From Trichosphaerium sp. ATCC 40318 (Eukaryota; Protista; Tubulinea): a stretch of 64,000 bases of DNA. The stretch spans positions 186,001 through 250,000 of the forward strand of contig JALMLS010000448.1 of the NCBI GenBank assembly GCA_038496445.1, in the 5' to 3' direction. A model generated the notes under the pieces. That model was not told the origin of the DNA, searched no databases, and saw nothing but the letters and a program-made list of their open reading frames with translations. The position numbers and the translations under genes were made by a program. Shown here in pieces: positions 63,724 to 64,000 of the stretch (positions are counted from its first letter, which is position 1; each line of letters begins with the position of its first letter).

Positions 63724-64000
63724 ATGTCATACGTGCCGTTGCAAGATATATCCAACGAACCTGTTAACAATCGCCGGGGCTCAATTAGCGGTAAACCGCG
63801 CAGAAGAACTGTTGCTTCGAGAAATGATCGCAGACAAACCATATCAACCTTTGCACAACGTAATACAAAAGCACGAAAGCGCTCTAATAGTAAAGGAAGA
63901 AGATCAAGACAAAGTACTCGTCCTGTAAGCAATTCAAACAGACGCCCTTCTCTCAGCAGACGCGCAACGCTATCTAGAAAAGTACACGACCCTCGAAATT
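63724..64000 (+). CDS. 5' end of a probable Ndc80/Hec1 kinetochore protein (partial)
   Basis: The ORF stays open to the window edge. It encodes a very basic R/S-rich tail with RRGS, RRQT, RRPS and RRAT sites ending in VHDPRN, like the DPRP motif that begins the Ndc80 CH domain. Confidence 0.45.
   Translation, partial: MSYVPLQDISNEPVNNRRGSISGKPRRRTVASRNDRRQTISTFAQRNTKARKRSNSKGRRSRQSTRPVSNSNRRPSLSRRATLSRKVHDPRN

Overview
Gene-dense, AT-rich eukaryotic nuclear DNA. It has many short GT-AG introns (donors GTACG/GTATG/GTAAG/GTGCG, CTAAC-like branch points), so the supplied ORF track shows only exon fragments. Gene models were rebuilt by splicing by eye and exon boundaries are approximate. The gene content (TK-type kinase, copine, F-box/LRR and MORN genes, intron-containing bacterial-type enzymes) suggests a free-living protist, possibly an amoebozoan (inference). 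About 32 protein-coding genes were found, and no rRNA, tRNA, CRISPR array or recognisable transposon. Highlights: (1) an intact LOV blue-light sensor fused to SAM and PB1-like domains (26645-28191), not represented in the ORF track and lying head-to-head with an SH3-PH-tyrosine kinase carrying more than 20 YxxxP motifs; (2) an RRM-Maelstrom protein with a degenerate zinc site; (3) a CBM6-like + leishmanolysin-like secreted protease; (4) a three-copy orphan family with a variable internal segment; (5) an intronless, giant-virus-like F-box/LRR gene next to a 17-bp inverted repeat; (6) apparent enrichment of CACGTG near intron branch points.
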